A DNA stretch of 64,000 bases from Chloroflexota bacterium (lineage in GTDB: Bacteria > Chloroflexota > UBA11872 > VXNJ01), in contig OZ253449.1 in the NCBI GenBank assembly GCA_965261345.1, forward strand, positions 1,088,001 to 1,152,000, read 5' to 3'. Positions 1 through 10,624 of the stretch are shown here, one piece after another. Positions within the stretch are counted from its first letter, which is position 1. Every line of letters begins with the position of its first letter. The notes beneath the pieces are model-generated. The model was not told where the DNA came from and did not search any database. It saw only the letters and a program-made list of their open reading frames with translations. A program made the position numbers and the translations under genes.

Positions 1-129
1 GATGATATCGGTCGCACGGCCGCGTTTTTGGCCGATCCAGCCGCCAGCTACATCAGCGGCGAAATCATCTATGTCGATGCCGGTTTAACTTCCAAGATGG
101 CGCTCTCCGGCGGTGCTACCCGGGCTTGA
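1..129 (+). CDS. SDR family oxidoreductase, C-terminal fragment (truncated by window start)
   Basis: Frame 1 reads DDIGRTAAFLADPAASYISGEIIYVDAG...RA*, the typical SDR C-terminus (FLAS..A.YI.G..I.VDGG). Confidence 0.75.
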   Translation, partial: DDIGRTAAFLADPAASYISGEIIYVDAGLTSKMALSGGATRA

Positions 130-148
130 GCAGGAGCCTGCCGCCCCG

Positions 149-1096
149 TCAATCGCCGGTTTCTAGGAAGGCCAACTGCCCGGCGGCCAGCTCGATGTCG
201 GCCGCTTGCAGGGCCTCATCGAGCTCGGCTTGATTGGCCGTCCAGAACACCCCCAGCGAACCAAATTCCTGGTTTAGGGTGTAGGCCAGGGCAACCTGGA
301 CCGGTGAGATCCCCAGTTGCGCGGCCAACTGGCGGGCGCGGGCCAGTCGATCCCAGTTTTCCGGCACGTAGTAGGAATCGACCATCGATTGGTTGGAGCG
401 GTCGGCAGGATCGTAAATACCGGCAAAGAAGCCGCCACACTGGGCCGACCAGGCCAGATTGGGTTTGCCGGTGGCCCGCAGCCGCGCACGCTCGCCAGGT
501 TTTACGTTCAGGCAGCCCGCGAATCGCGGAACCCGTTGCGTGGCCAGTCCGAAATGGTTGGACAGCAGCGCAAAGCCGGTCAGCCCGGCGTTGGCGGCAT
601 AGGCGTTGGCGCGCTCGAAGCGATCGAGCGACCAGTTCGAGGCCCCGACGGCACGGATCCTGCCGGCGTCAAGATGCGGGTTGACCCAATCCATGATCGC
701 GCCCACATCGACTTCAGGATTGTCGCGGTGGAAGAGCCACACGTCGATGTAGTCGCTTGCCAGCGCGTCCAGGCTGGCGGCGATGTCGGCGTCAATTTCA
801 GGCTTTGTAATGCGACCCAGCGACTGTCCGGAAGGCGGGTGTATGCCCTTGGTAATCACGATGATCCGTTCGCGATTTCCCCGCTCGGCCATCCATTTTC
901 CGATCACCGATTCCGAATAGGCGATCCCGTCGCGTATGGCATATATGCGGCCCGAATCGAGCGCATTGCCGCCGCCGGCAACATAAGCATCGAGCATTGC
1001 CGCATGGTGATCGAAGCTTTCCGGAAAGTAATCTTCAGTCCCCAAGACTGCTTGCGAAAGCGGAATTTTCGCTCCGGCAACCTCTACGTATCGCAT
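149..1096 (-). CDS. Aldo/keto reductase
   Basis: GGNALDSGRIY, ITKG, YIDVWLFHRD, VGASNWS, QVALAY motifs; start moved to MRYVEV (ATG 1096). Confidence 0.85.
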   Translation of the reverse strand: MRYVEVAGAKIPLSQAVLGTEDYFPESFDHHAAMLDAYVAGGGNALDSGRIYAIRDGIAYSESVIGKWMAERGNRERIIVITKGIHPPSGQSLGRITKPEIDADIAASLDALASDYIDVWLFHRDNPEVDVGAIMDWVNPHLDAGRIRAVGASNWSLDRFERANAYAANAGLTGFALLSNHFGLATQRVPRFAGCLNVKPGERARLRATGKPNLAWSAQCGGFFAGIYDPADRSNQSMVDSYYVPENWDRLARARQLAAQLGISPVQVALAYTLNQEFGSLGVFWTANQAELDEALQAADIELAAGQLAFLETGD

Positions 1097-1228
1097 CGCT
1101 CTTAAACCCGATTCGACTATGCCCCGCACCCCTGCGCCCGGCAGGCCCCGGAGCATTTATTCTGACCCGCATTCTTGCCTGAACCGGTCGCCGATCAGTC
1201 GGCCAATTCCCGACCAGCCCGGCGCCCG

Positions 1229-2182
1229 TTAGCCGGATTCGAGGAAATCCAACTGCGCCGGCGTGAGCGTCACGCTGGCAGCTTCCAAGGATTGCTCCAG
1301 CTCGAATCGGTCGGCCGCCCAGAACACCCCCAGCGACCCAAAATCCTGGTTAAGGGTGTAGGCCAGAGCAACCTGGGTGGGGGCGAGCCCCATTGCCCTT
1401 GCCAGTTGCCGTGCGCGGTCGCGGCGGGGCGAAGTTGCCCGGGTGCGCGTAGGCGGCAGCGAACTCCCGATCAACGCCGGCCGATTGGTTATCAGTGGAT
1501 GCGAAGAAGCCGCCACACTGGGCTGACCAGGCCAGGTTGGGGACCCCCAAACCGGTCAACCGGGCGCGGTCAGCCGGGTCGACATTGCGTGCGCCCGGCC
1601 AGCGCGGGGCCAGCTGGGTGGCCAGGCCGAAATGATTGGACAGCAGCGAAATTCCCGGCAGGTTGTTGGCGGGCGCGTATTGGTTGGCGGCCTCAATTCG
1701 ATCCAGCGACCAGTTGGAAGCCCCCCGCACACCGATCGGCTGTGCGCTGATATGGGCGCGGGTCCAACTTCCGATCGCTGCCACCTCAACATTCGGGTTG
1801 TCGCGATGGAACATCCAGATGTCGATGTGGTCAGTCCCCAGCCGGTCGAAGCTGGACCTGATGTCGTAGTCGATGTAGGCCTTAGTCGTTCGCGCCAGGC
1901 CGAGACCGCGCGGACGTCGGTGCGCCCCCTTGGTGATGAGTACGACCCGGTCACGGTTGCCGCGTTCGGCCATTCAGCGGCCCAGCAGCAGCTCGGCCTC
2001 GCCACAACCGTTGGGCCAGCCCCGACCGCGCATTGCATAGAGGCGGGCGGTATCGATCGCGTTCCCTCCACCACGCAGATAGGCATCAAGCATTCGGCCG
2101 CGGAAAGCGTAGTCGGAAAGAAAATATCGCTCGGTTCACAGGACCGCTCGGGCGACCGGTCGCCCGATCCCAAGAATCTCAA
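1229..2182 (-). pseudogene. Aldo/keto reductase pseudogene, tandem paralog of 149..1096
   Basis: Homology spread over several frames: MLDAYLRGGGNAIDTARLY, GEAELLLGR*MAERGNRDR (TGA at the Trp position), FHRDNPNV, LSNHFGLATQ, QVALAYTLNQDFGSLGVFW; several frameshifts plus a nonsense codon. Confidence 0.8.
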
Positions 2183-2293
2183 GGCAGCGCATCAGCAACC
2201 GTTCCAGGCGGCTGGATTTTCGCCCCCGCGTGGGAGAATCGCAGGTTGATTGGGGCCAGCGCATATTCTGGCCGCCACGGACGGAAGGTCAAG

Positions 2294-2749
2294 TTGGACG
2301 CAGCCGATATCGCTCCCGATTTTCAGATTCCCTCCACCGGCGGGGGTGATGTCTCGCTTGCTGCAGCAGTAGCGTCAGGCAAGGTCATACTCGCTTTTTA
2401 CCCCAAGTCGTTTACAAGTGGCTGCACCCACGAGATGGAGGTTCTGCGATTCCTGCACCCACGCTTTGCCGCCGCCGGGGTCGAGATCTTTGGCGTCTCG
2501 GTTGACGACATTGAAACCCAGCACCGCTTCAAGAAAACGCTCGGCCTGCCATTTGAGCTTTTGGCCGACGATGACAGCGCGGCGCGGGCGCTCGGTTGCC
2601 TGCGCGAATCGGGCAAGGCCGAACGCGACGTATATGTCATCGGACCCGGCCGCGAGATTGAATACGCGGTCCACAAGCTAGACCCGCGCTCAGAGGACCA
2701 ATACCGGTCACTTTTGGTAGCAGTCGGCGCTGATGCCGAAAACCTCTAG
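2294..2749 (+). CDS. Peroxiredoxin, BCP/AhpC-TSA family
   Basis: APDF, FYPKSFTSGCTHE peroxidatic motif, GVSVD; GGAAGG SD before TTG 2294. Confidence 0.85.
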   Translation: MDAADIAPDFQIPSTGGGDVSLAAAVASGKVILAFYPKSFTSGCTHEMEVLRFLHPRFAAAGVEIFGVSVDDIETQHRFKKTLGLPFELLADDDSAARALGCLRESGKAERDVYVIGPGREIEYAVHKLDPRSEDQYRSLLVAVGADAENL

Positions 2750-2764
2750 TCGAGGATTTCGGCA

Positions 2765-3634
2765 TCAGCCGGATTGCGGGAAGTCGCGCCACGCCGTCAA
2801 CAGGAACCCAAACCCCAGCAGCACCAGCGCATAGACCGAGAGCAAACCAATCGCCTGCGGTCGGGTAGGTCCGGAATAACCAGCGGAGAAATCACCGTCA
2901 TCGGCAATCCCGGCAAAGACCTCCATTAGAGTGCCTTGTCCGTAGGCGGTCGGCTCGAGTCGGTGCGGTAGGTAGTCGGGCAGGGCGTCCCAGAACCCGT
3001 CCCCGACGGCGGCGGCGATCTCGGTGATAAATGGCACGAAAAGGAAGAACACGAACGGTATCGCCATCCCGGCGGCAGCCGAGCGGGTGAGCACCGCGGT
3101 GGAGAAAGCGACAAATCCGTAAAAGAGCAGGATCCCGATCGAGGCCGCGAAGCGGTCGGCCAGATCGACTAGGAAGCCGCGCGGCGGCGAGATCGATATC
3201 GTGTCGAAGATGTAGTCGCCGGCCAGCATGAAAATCCCGGAGAGGACCATCGTCGCGGTCACCGCCATCACGACCGAGCCAACCAGCGCCAGGAGCTTGG
3301 CCAGCAACACCTCGTGCCGGGCCGGCCCGCGCGCAAACAGCTGGCGGATCGTACCCCAACTAAATTCAGATCCGACCGCAAAAGCGGCGAAGATGACCGC
3401 CAAGTAGGAGCCGAACTGGACATTTAGCGCCAGCACAACCAGAAACCCCTGCGGGAAGCCGATCAGCGACCCTAGGGTCTGGGTCAGCCCGACGTCGTCA
3501 TCCAGCTGGATTTGCGATACCAGCTTGAAAAGCACGATCGTGGCCGGACCGATCAGGAGCAACAGGGCAAGCAGCACCCAGGACATCCGGCGGCCCAGGA
3601 TCTTTTGGAATTCGGCCGCCACGAGGCCGCTCAC
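2765..3634 (-). CDS. ABC-2 type exporter permease
   Basis: Multiple TM helices, AEFQK start, GSEFSWGTIRQLFARGPAR..VLLAK motif; overlaps ATPase stop. Confidence 0.85.
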   Translation of the reverse strand: MSGLVAAEFQKILGRRMSWVLLALLLLIGPATIVLFKLVSQIQLDDDVGLTQTLGSLIGFPQGFLVVLALNVQFGSYLAVIFAAFAVGSEFSWGTIRQLFARGPARHEVLLAKLLALVGSVVMAVTATMVLSGIFMLAGDYIFDTISISPPRGFLVDLADRFAASIGILLFYGFVAFSTAVLTRSAAAGMAIPFVFFLFVPFITEIAAAVGDGFWDALPDYLPHRLEPTAYGQGTLMEVFAGIADDGDFSAGYSGPTRPQAIGLLSVYALVLLGFGFLLTAWRDFPQSG

Positions 3635-4596
3635 GCTTCTCCCCGATCCTTAGTCTGGTCGAGGAAGAACGTCTCCAGATCGACTCCGGCCGAGGCGATT
3701 CCACTCACTCGCACGCCGGCTTCGACCAGGGCCGCGTTGACTTTACCCGCGTCTAGCTGATCTACATGAACGACCAGTTCGTTATTTAGCTCACGCGAAC
3801 TCGACCACCCGTTTTCGCCCAGCACGGCGATCGCGGCGGCGGGGTCGTCCACGCTAAAGCGCACCCCGCGCCCGCTGGTTAGCAGGTCTGACACGCGTCC
3901 CTGCACGACGGTTTTGCCAGATACCAGAATGCCGACTCGATCACAGGTTTGCTCTACTTCGGCCAACAGGTGCGAGGAGAGGATCACGGTGGCCCGGGAG
4001 TTCTGGGCGACGCTGCGGATGAGGTTGCGAAACTCGTGGGCGCCGGCCGGGTCCAAACCGGCGGTCGGCTCGTCGAGGACCAGCAATTCCGGATCGACCA
4101 TCAGCGCGTTGGCCAAACCAAGGCGTTGGCGCATGCCGGTCGAGTAGGTCTTGAATTTGGAATCGGCGCGGTCGAGTAAGCGGACCGCATCGAGCACCTC
4201 ATCGATCCGGCGACGCTCGATCGAGCCCCAGTAACGGCCCATTACTTCAAGATTCTTGCGCCCCGAAAGATAGGGGTAGAAAAGCGGCGCCTCGATCACC
4301 GCGCCAACGCGGCGCAGCAACTCCGGGCGACCTTGCTTGATGTCCTGGCCAAACAGTTCGATCCCACCAGATTGCGGCTTGATCAGGCCCAGGAGCACGC
4401 CCAGAAACGTCGTCTTGCCGGCCCCGTTGGGTCCCAGCAACCCGTACACGCAGCCGCGCGGCACGTCCAACTCCATTCCCGCGAGAGCCTGCACCCTGCC
4501 GTAGCGCTTGCTCAGCCCACGCGCCCGAATGGCCAGTTGATTCCCACCATCGTTTCGATTGACGACGGTCGGCGCTGAATCTTGGAGGTTCTGCAT
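3631..4596 (-). CDS. ABC transporter ATP-binding protein
   Basis: Walker A GPNGAGKTT, signature YSTGMRQR, LVLDEPTAGLDP, SSHLL; exact start uncertain. Confidence 0.9.
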   Translation of the reverse strand: MQNLQDSAPTVVNRNDGGNQLAIRARGLSKRYGRVQALAGMELDVPRGCVYGLLGPNGAGKTTFLGVLLGLIKPQSGGIELFGQDIKQGRPELLRRVGAVIEAPLFYPYLSGRKNLEVMGRYWGSIERRRIDEVLDAVRLLDRADSKFKTYSTGMRQRLGLANALMVDPELLVLDEPTAGLDPAGAHEFRNLIRSVAQNSRATVILSSHLLAEVEQTCDRVGILVSGKTVVQGRVSDLLTSGRGVRFSVDDPAAAIAVLGENGWSSSRELNNELVVHVDQLDAGKVNAALVEAGVRVSGIASAGVDLETFFLDQTKDRGEA

Positions 4597-4768
4597 ATGG
4601 CATCGCCATTCTCGCACGCAATACCCGCGCCGATGGGGTGGGGGTTGCTCCCGGTGGGTTATCCGAACCGCAATTTTGGGGTCCGATTGGGCCGCCCGCG
4701 GGGCGCCTTTGGCAAAATTGGAATGAACGCCTCCGCAGCGGGCGCGGCCAGCGCCAGGACCAAGGTTC

Positions 4769-6256
4769 GTGCGCACCCAGCTAACGATCGACCGACACAA
4801 CCAAATCGCCCGGGTCCAGCCCAAGCTCTATAGCCATTTCATCGAACACCTGGGCAATTGCACCTATCCCGGGATCTGGGTAGGGCGGCAGTCGCCAATC
4901 GCCGGCCTCGATGGTCTGCGCCGGTATACGGTCGAAAAGCTGCGCGGGGTCAGCCGGGGGACCGTCTACCGCTGGCCCGGCGGCTGTTTTGCCGACCATT
5001 ACCACTGGCGCGACGGCATCGGTGACCCGGCCGAGCGCCCGGTTACCCGCAATATCTGGTGGGGTGGACCGGAAACCAATCAATTCGGAACCCACGAATT
5101 CATGCGTTTTGCCCAGGAGCTGGAGGCCGACACCTATGTGTGCGGAAATATCGGCTCGGGAACACCTTCCGAAATGATGGATTGGCTCGAATACTGCAAC
5201 GCCGCCGAAGGCGAACACAGCCTGGCCCGGCAGCGGGCGGCCAACGGGCATCCCGCTCCATTCGGGGCCAAGTGGTGGGGAGTGGGCAACGAGAACTGGG
5301 GTTGCGGAGGGACCCTGCGGGCCGAAGAATACGCCGCCGCCTTCCGCCGCTACGCCAACTACCTGGGGAAAATCCGCCAGGGGGCCGAGCTGGTGGCGGT
5401 CGGGCACACGCCGGAGTGGAACCGACGGTTTCTAAGCGGGCTGCGCGGCGAGCGGTCTTTTGCCAATCTGGACCACCTCTCGCTGCATCGTTACCTCTTC
5501 AACGGCGGACCCGATGTGGGCTTTAGCGACGAGGACTATTACGCCTTGATGTCCGAGCTGCAGGTGGTTGAAGACGACCTTATCCGAGCCGATGGAATTC
5601 TGGCCCACCACGAGGATCCCGGCAAGCCGATCGGGATCGTATTTGATGAGTGGGGCGTATGGTGCCGCTCGGTGGCGCGCCCCGAAAATAGAGTTGAGCA
5701 GATAAACACCGTGCGCGAGGCGATTTGCGGGGCGGTAATGCTCGACTACTTTACGAACTATTCGCACCGGGTCGTAATGAGCAACGTTGCCCAGACTGTA
5801 AACGTGCTCCAATGCCTGGTGAAGGTCGACGGCCACGCCAACTGGACAACTCCCAACCTGGACATCTTCGAGTTCTACCGCTCGCACGTGGGCAACGATG
5901 CGGTCGCGGTTGCCGACGACGGCCCGTCGCTCTTCGCCTCCGGCGACGCCGGCCGGCCGGTCCGGCAGATCAGCGCCTCGGCCTCGATCGCCCCCGACGG
6001 ATCATCGGGCAGTCTCTGCCTAACCAACCTGCACCTGACCGAATCGATTCGGATCCGCGCCCGGGTGGTCGAATCCGGAGTTGTATCGTCCAGCGCTCTG
6101 GTTCTGAGCTCGGGCGACCCAGGTCACCACAACAGTGCTAACGATCCCGACCGGGTGCGATCGCAGATTCATCCCTCCCGGGCAATCGACGGCCAGCTGG
6201 AAATCGACGTCCCCCCGCACGCCACGGTGCAGGTGTGGCTTGAACTTGCCGCCTAG
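4769..6256 (+). CDS. Alpha-L-arabinofuranosidase, GH51
   Basis: FIEHLG, RWPGGCFADHYHWRDGIG, WGVGNENWGCGG (acid/base E), FDEWGVW (nucleophile E), AQTVNVLQ. Confidence 0.92.
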   Translation: MRTQLTIDRHNQIARVQPKLYSHFIEHLGNCTYPGIWVGRQSPIAGLDGLRRYTVEKLRGVSRGTVYRWPGGCFADHYHWRDGIGDPAERPVTRNIWWGGPETNQFGTHEFMRFAQELEADTYVCGNIGSGTPSEMMDWLEYCNAAEGEHSLARQRAANGHPAPFGAKWWGVGNENWGCGGTLRAEEYAAAFRRYANYLGKIRQGAELVAVGHTPEWNRRFLSGLRGERSFANLDHLSLHRYLFNGGPDVGFSDEDYYALMSELQVVEDDLIRADGILAHHEDPGKPIGIVFDEWGVWCRSVARPENRVEQINTVREAICGAVMLDYFTNYSHRVVMSNVAQTVNVLQCLVKVDGHANWTTPNLDIFEFYRSHVGNDAVAVADDGPSLFASGDAGRPVRQISASASIAPDGSSGSLCLTNLHLTESIRIRARVVESGVVSSSALVLSSGDPGHHNSANDPDRVRSQIHPSRAIDGQLEIDVPPHATVQVWLELAA

Positions 6257-6283
6257 AAGAGCCCCGATCCCAGGGACGACGCA

Positions 6284-7183
6284 GTGAAAATCCTGGTAAC
6301 CGGCGGCGGCGGTGACATCGGGTCGACGGTGGTGCGGCGGCTGATGGCCGACCACAACATCACGATTCTGGATCGGTCCCGATCGCCCGATCATCCCGAT
6401 CTGCCGCATTTGCTGGTGGACCTTGAAAACGCCAAAATGACCGCCTCGGTGGTGCGCGGGTTCGACCGGGTGGTGCATCTGGCCGCCATCCCCGACCCCT
6501 CATCGGGCCCGGCCGACGTCGTGTTTCGGGTAAATACGCTAACTACCTTCAATCTGCTCGAGGCTGTCCGCGCCAACCGGATTGCCCGGATCGTCTACGG
6601 CTGTTCGGAATCGGCTTCTGGATTTGGCATACACAACCGGCGCTTCAAGCCGCTGTATCTGCCAATCGACGAAAGCCATCCGTCGATCCCGCACGAAGCC
6701 TACGGATCGAGCAAATTGATCGGCGAGATCCTGTGTCGCCAATATGCCCACGCCTACGACATCGAAGCGATTTCCCTGCGCTACGCCTGGGCCTGGGGCG
6801 GGCGCCGCAACCGCGAAAGCTGGCTGAAGATCCTCTCCCGTGGGTCTGGCGGCGGGAGCAAGGACTGGTTGGGGGCCTGGATTGCCCATGACGATATCGC
6901 CCAGGCGGTTCAGCTGGCCTGCGAGTACCAGTTTCCGCTTCCGCTGCCGAGATTCGAGCGCTTTTACCTAACCGCCCGCGACAATTTCACCGACCTCGAT
7001 TCGCTGGCGCTGGCCAATCGCCATTGGCCGGTCGATCCACCCGAAATCGTTAAGCCCGAACTGTTTGCGCAGAATCCGCAGGCCTCGCTATTTGACCTGG
7101 ACAAGGCCAGGCGGCTGCTCGGTTACAGCCCGCAGGTCGCGATGGCCGATATGCGCTCCCGCTTCGGGGTAGAGCGGGCATGA
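6284..7183 (+). CDS. NAD-dependent epimerase/dehydratase
   Basis: ILVTGGGGDIG, VVHLAAIP, YGSSK (YxxxK). Confidence 0.88.
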   Translation: MKILVTGGGGDIGSTVVRRLMADHNITILDRSRSPDHPDLPHLLVDLENAKMTASVVRGFDRVVHLAAIPDPSSGPADVVFRVNTLTTFNLLEAVRANRIARIVYGCSESASGFGIHNRRFKPLYLPIDESHPSIPHEAYGSSKLIGEILCRQYAHAYDIEAISLRYAWAWGGRRNRESWLKILSRGSGGGSKDWLGAWIAHDDIAQAVQLACEYQFPLPLPRFERFYLTARDNFTDLDSLALANRHWPVDPPEIVKPELFAQNPQASLFDLDKARRLLGYSPQVAMADMRSRFGVERA

Positions 7184-8046
7184 GCGTGCGGATCGCTTTC
7201 CTGGCTGGACTGGGCTTTGCCTGCTGGCCGGTCGATCGGGTAGTTAAGACGCTCGGCGATTTGGGCTACGAGGGTATTGAATGGACGACCGCCCATTTTT
7301 CGCCGCGGGATCCGGCCAAGGCCCGCCGGGCGGTCGAGCTGACTCGCGGAGCGGGCCTTGAGGTTTCGCGAATCATGGCCCACGAGGATTTCGTCTGCCT
7401 AGACGATGCCGAACGCGAGCGTCGGATCGATGCGGTGATCGGTTCAGTTCAGCTCGCCGGCGAATTGGACGTTGCCACGGTCGGCTCGATGACCGGCCCG
7501 GCCCCCTGGGATCGCGGGGCTCCAAGGGTGGGCGTTGACATTGCCGAGGGCGAGGCCTGGGAAATGGCGCTGGACGCCCACCGGCGGATCGCCCGGGTCG
7601 CCGAACGAAGCGGGGTCACCATTTCGTCGGAGGGTGTGTTCGGAATGCTGGCCCACGATTTCTACTCGCACCGCTACCTGCTCGAACAGGTTGATTCGCC
7701 CGCGCTGGCGGTTAACTTCGACCCGTCGCACGGAATCTTAAGCGGCAATCTTGACATTGCCTGGATGATCGAACGGTGGGCGGGCAATATCGTTCACTGC
7801 CATCTAAAAGATGCGGTCGGGATTTCGCAGCGGGTTGGCGAATTCGTTTTTCCGCTTCTGGGCGAGGGTCGAGTTGACTGGACGGGCTTCTTCCAGGCCC
7901 TGGAGAAGATCGGATACCAGGGATTCGCCTCGGTCGAATTTGAAAGCTGGGACTATCTGCGTCAGGTACTTGGCAACGACCCGGCGCGCGCGGCGGCCAT
8001 CAGCATCCGCCAGGTAAGGGCGCTGCGCGAACAGGCCCGCGCCTAA
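7180..8046 (+). CDS. Sugar phosphate isomerase/epimerase (xylose isomerase-like TIM barrel)
   Basis: GYEGIE, NFDPSH, HCHLKD, LGEGRVDW, GYQGFASVEFE; ATGA overlap with upstream gene. Confidence 0.85.
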   Translation: MSVRIAFLAGLGFACWPVDRVVKTLGDLGYEGIEWTTAHFSPRDPAKARRAVELTRGAGLEVSRIMAHEDFVCLDDAERERRIDAVIGSVQLAGELDVATVGSMTGPAPWDRGAPRVGVDIAEGEAWEMALDAHRRIARVAERSGVTISSEGVFGMLAHDFYSHRYLLEQVDSPALAVNFDPSHGILSGNLDIAWMIERWAGNIVHCHLKDAVGISQRVGEFVFPLLGEGRVDWTGFFQALEKIGYQGFASVEFESWDYLRQVLGNDPARAAAISIRQVRALREQARA

Positions 8047-8097
8047 ACGGACCTTTCCCGGACCGGACAAGCCCAGTGGGCAACCCCGGCACGACCC

Positions 8098-8970
8098 CTA
8101 GGTCGGCACGATTGCCAGGCGCGGTTCGGCAAACCGCGGGTGGTGGCCGGCAACTACCGCCTGCTGTTCGCGCCCATTAAGGCGCCGGAACCGCTCGGCG
8201 GCAGAAATGAGGTCTGGCAGCAGCGAGACCTCGCCGGTACCCGGCGCGGTGTGCACCCGCTGGGAAAAAAGCCAGTTGGCGGCATCATCGATTTCGCCGC
8301 TCTCGCGCAGCGGGTCATACCAGGTCGTACAGTCCTTTTCAGCCGATCCCCAGCCGCCGCGGACAAGAATCTTTATGCACTGGATGCCCACATCGTGCTC
8401 GTTGCAGTAGTCGATCAGCGCCTGGGCGTCTTGGCGGTATTGGCGGTTGCCCCACAGACCCTTGGCCACCGGAAACATGACCGTGTCGAAGTCAAAGCGC
8501 TTCAATCCAGCCAATATCACCGACGGTACATACGGACCATGCCCGGTTATCCCCAGCCAGCGGGTGTGGCCCTGCTCACGCATTTCCCGGAGCGCGGCGA
8601 TGGCCCCGTCCGGATCAAGCGCGGCGTCCAACTCGGCCATCGTGGTGACCGCGTGCAGCTGGAACAGATCGAATCGATCGGTCTGCAGACGCTCAAAGGT
8701 CGTGCGGATGTCGGCCCAGGCCTCGGTCTTGGTGCGCCCCTGGGTCTTGCAACCCAAAAACACCTTCTCGCGGATCCGCGGTAGCCAGCTTCGCATTCGC
8801 TCCATTGCCTGGCCGTAGGCCGGGGCGATGTCGACGTGGTTGACACCCGCGTCAAGGTAGTGTCGCATTGCCGTATCGACCGCAGCCTGGTCGACGCGGC
8901 CGAATGCGGCGGCACCGACGGTGATGATTGTGCTCTGGTGGCCGGTCCGGCCAAGCCTTCGCTGTTCCAT
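8098..8970 (-). CDS. Aldo/keto reductase
   Basis: RRLGRTG, GVNHVDIAPAYG, FLGCKT, DLFQLHAV, LGITGH. Confidence 0.88.
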   Translation of the reverse strand: MEQRRLGRTGHQSTIITVGAAAFGRVDQAAVDTAMRHYLDAGVNHVDIAPAYGQAMERMRSWLPRIREKVFLGCKTQGRTKTEAWADIRTTFERLQTDRFDLFQLHAVTTMAELDAALDPDGAIAALREMREQGHTRWLGITGHGPYVPSVILAGLKRFDFDTVMFPVAKGLWGNRQYRQDAQALIDYCNEHDVGIQCIKILVRGGWGSAEKDCTTWYDPLRESGEIDDAANWLFSQRVHTAPGTGEVSLLPDLISAAERFRRLNGREQQAVVAGHHPRFAEPRLAIVPT

Positions 8971-8979
8971 GGTGGTTAC

Positions 8980-10425
8980 CTACCAAACTGAGAGCCGCTC
9001 GGGCAGGGGATCGACGGTAAAGGCCATCCGGTCGGCCAGGCGCTCATAGAGTTCAAGTTTTAGCGACCGATGTTCGGCGCTGTCCCAAAGATTGGTGTTT
9101 TCGCCCGGGTCGGTCCGCAGGTCGTATAGCTCCCCGCTCCCGGTCCCGTGCGCCACCACCAGTTTTGCATTGCGGGTGCGCACCATGGTTACCTGGGCCG
9201 ATGGCTCCATGTGCCAGGGCATGGCGTTGTAGTACTCCGAATAGATATCCTCGCGGTGCCGATGCCGATCCGCCTGGCCGGTCAATATCGGCCACAGGCT
9301 CTGGGCCTGCATTCCGGGCGGGCGCGCTTGTTCGCAGGCATCCAGGATGGTGGGGGCGATGTCGGAGAGTTCCACCAGCGCGCCGGACCGCACCCCGGCG
9401 CCGACCCGGCCCGGCCAGGAAACGATCAGCGGGACCCGCAGCGCGCACTCGTACATGTACGGACCCTTCCAGTAGATGCCGTGGTCGCCGAGCATCTCGC
9501 CGTGATCGGACATAAAAATCACGATCGTATTTTCGGCCTGACCACTCTCTTCCAGGTGGGCAAGCAGGCGTCCGACCTGGTCATCGACCAGGTCGCACAT
9601 CGCAAAGTAGGCAGCCTTTATCAGGCGGTGATCGTAATCGGACATTTCCGGGTAGACGTGGGCCTTCGCGGTGGCGTAGGCGCCCTCGTGATCGATTCGC
9701 TGGAAGTGCGGCTTGTTGGCCAATTCGCCATCCACGAAATTGGGCAGCGGTAGGTCGTTTAGTCGGTCCAAGTAACGCTCCAGGTATTCGCGTGGAGGAT
9801 CGAACGCGTGATGCGGGTCGAAGATGTTTACCGAATAGAGCCAGGGGGCTTCAAACCCCGCCCGGGCATTGATAAAGTCCATGGCCTTATTAACGCACCA
9901 AGTGGTCTGGTGCCACGGGGCGTCCATCGCCACGTTCACGTGCGGGTTCCCCTGGTAGGGTTCGCTCTGGTAGGAGAGGCCGTTCTGTTCGAGCCAGTTG
10001 ATGTATTGATTGTTGGGCCAATTGCGCCCGGGATGGTGTGACCAATCAAAGACCGCGTACCCGTCGTCAATGCGGCGCTCGCCAACCGGAGCCGCTTCCT
10101 CGTTGCAGGCCGAGATGTGCAATTTGCCGGAGAGCCCGCAAAAATATCCGGCATCGGCAAGCTGCTTGGTGATCAACAGCTCATCGGCCGGAATGTTGGC
10201 TCCGTTTTGTCGTCCGCGGCAGGTCCGCGGATAACGCCCGGTCAAAAAACTGGACCGCGAAGGGGTGCAGACTGAACTCTGCGAATAGCACCAGTCAAAG
10301 GTGGTGCCCGATTCGGCCAAGCGGTCGATATTCGGGGTTTTGACCCAATCGTTGCCGTAGACGCCAAGGGTGTCCCAGCGCTGTTGGTCAGTACAGATCC
10401 AGAGGATGTTGGGGGGTTGGGACAT
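8980..10425 (-). CDS. Sulfatase (Cys-type, S1 family)
   Basis: PNILWICTDQQR, CTPSR formylglycine motif, GKLH, FMSDHGEMLGDHG, ELYDLRTDPGE. Confidence 0.92.
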   Translation of the reverse strand: MSQPPNILWICTDQQRWDTLGVYGNDWVKTPNIDRLAESGTTFDWCYSQSSVCTPSRSSFLTGRYPRTCRGRQNGANIPADELLITKQLADAGYFCGLSGKLHISACNEEAAPVGERRIDDGYAVFDWSHHPGRNWPNNQYINWLEQNGLSYQSEPYQGNPHVNVAMDAPWHQTTWCVNKAMDFINARAGFEAPWLYSVNIFDPHHAFDPPREYLERYLDRLNDLPLPNFVDGELANKPHFQRIDHEGAYATAKAHVYPEMSDYDHRLIKAAYFAMCDLVDDQVGRLLAHLEESGQAENTIVIFMSDHGEMLGDHGIYWKGPYMYECALRVPLIVSWPGRVGAGVRSGALVELSDIAPTILDACEQARPPGMQAQSLWPILTGQADRHRHREDIYSEYYNAMPWHMEPSAQVTMVRTRNAKLVVAHGTGSGELYDLRTDPGENTNLWDSAEHRSLKLELYERLADRMAFTVDPLPERLSVW

Positions 10426-10624
10426 TGGAACCTAATTAACTCCAGCAGCAACCAAAGTGCCCCTGCATTTTTGCCCGAACGCTCATTCGAAGCAGCCGTC
10501 AAACCGACCGGATACCGATTCGTCGATAGCGTTGCCGCGTGTGACGCGACGAATAAACGCCTCTCCCGAGGGCAGCATCTATTACATTTTTTACTGAAGG
10601 CATTTAAAAACTAGGGGCTGGACG

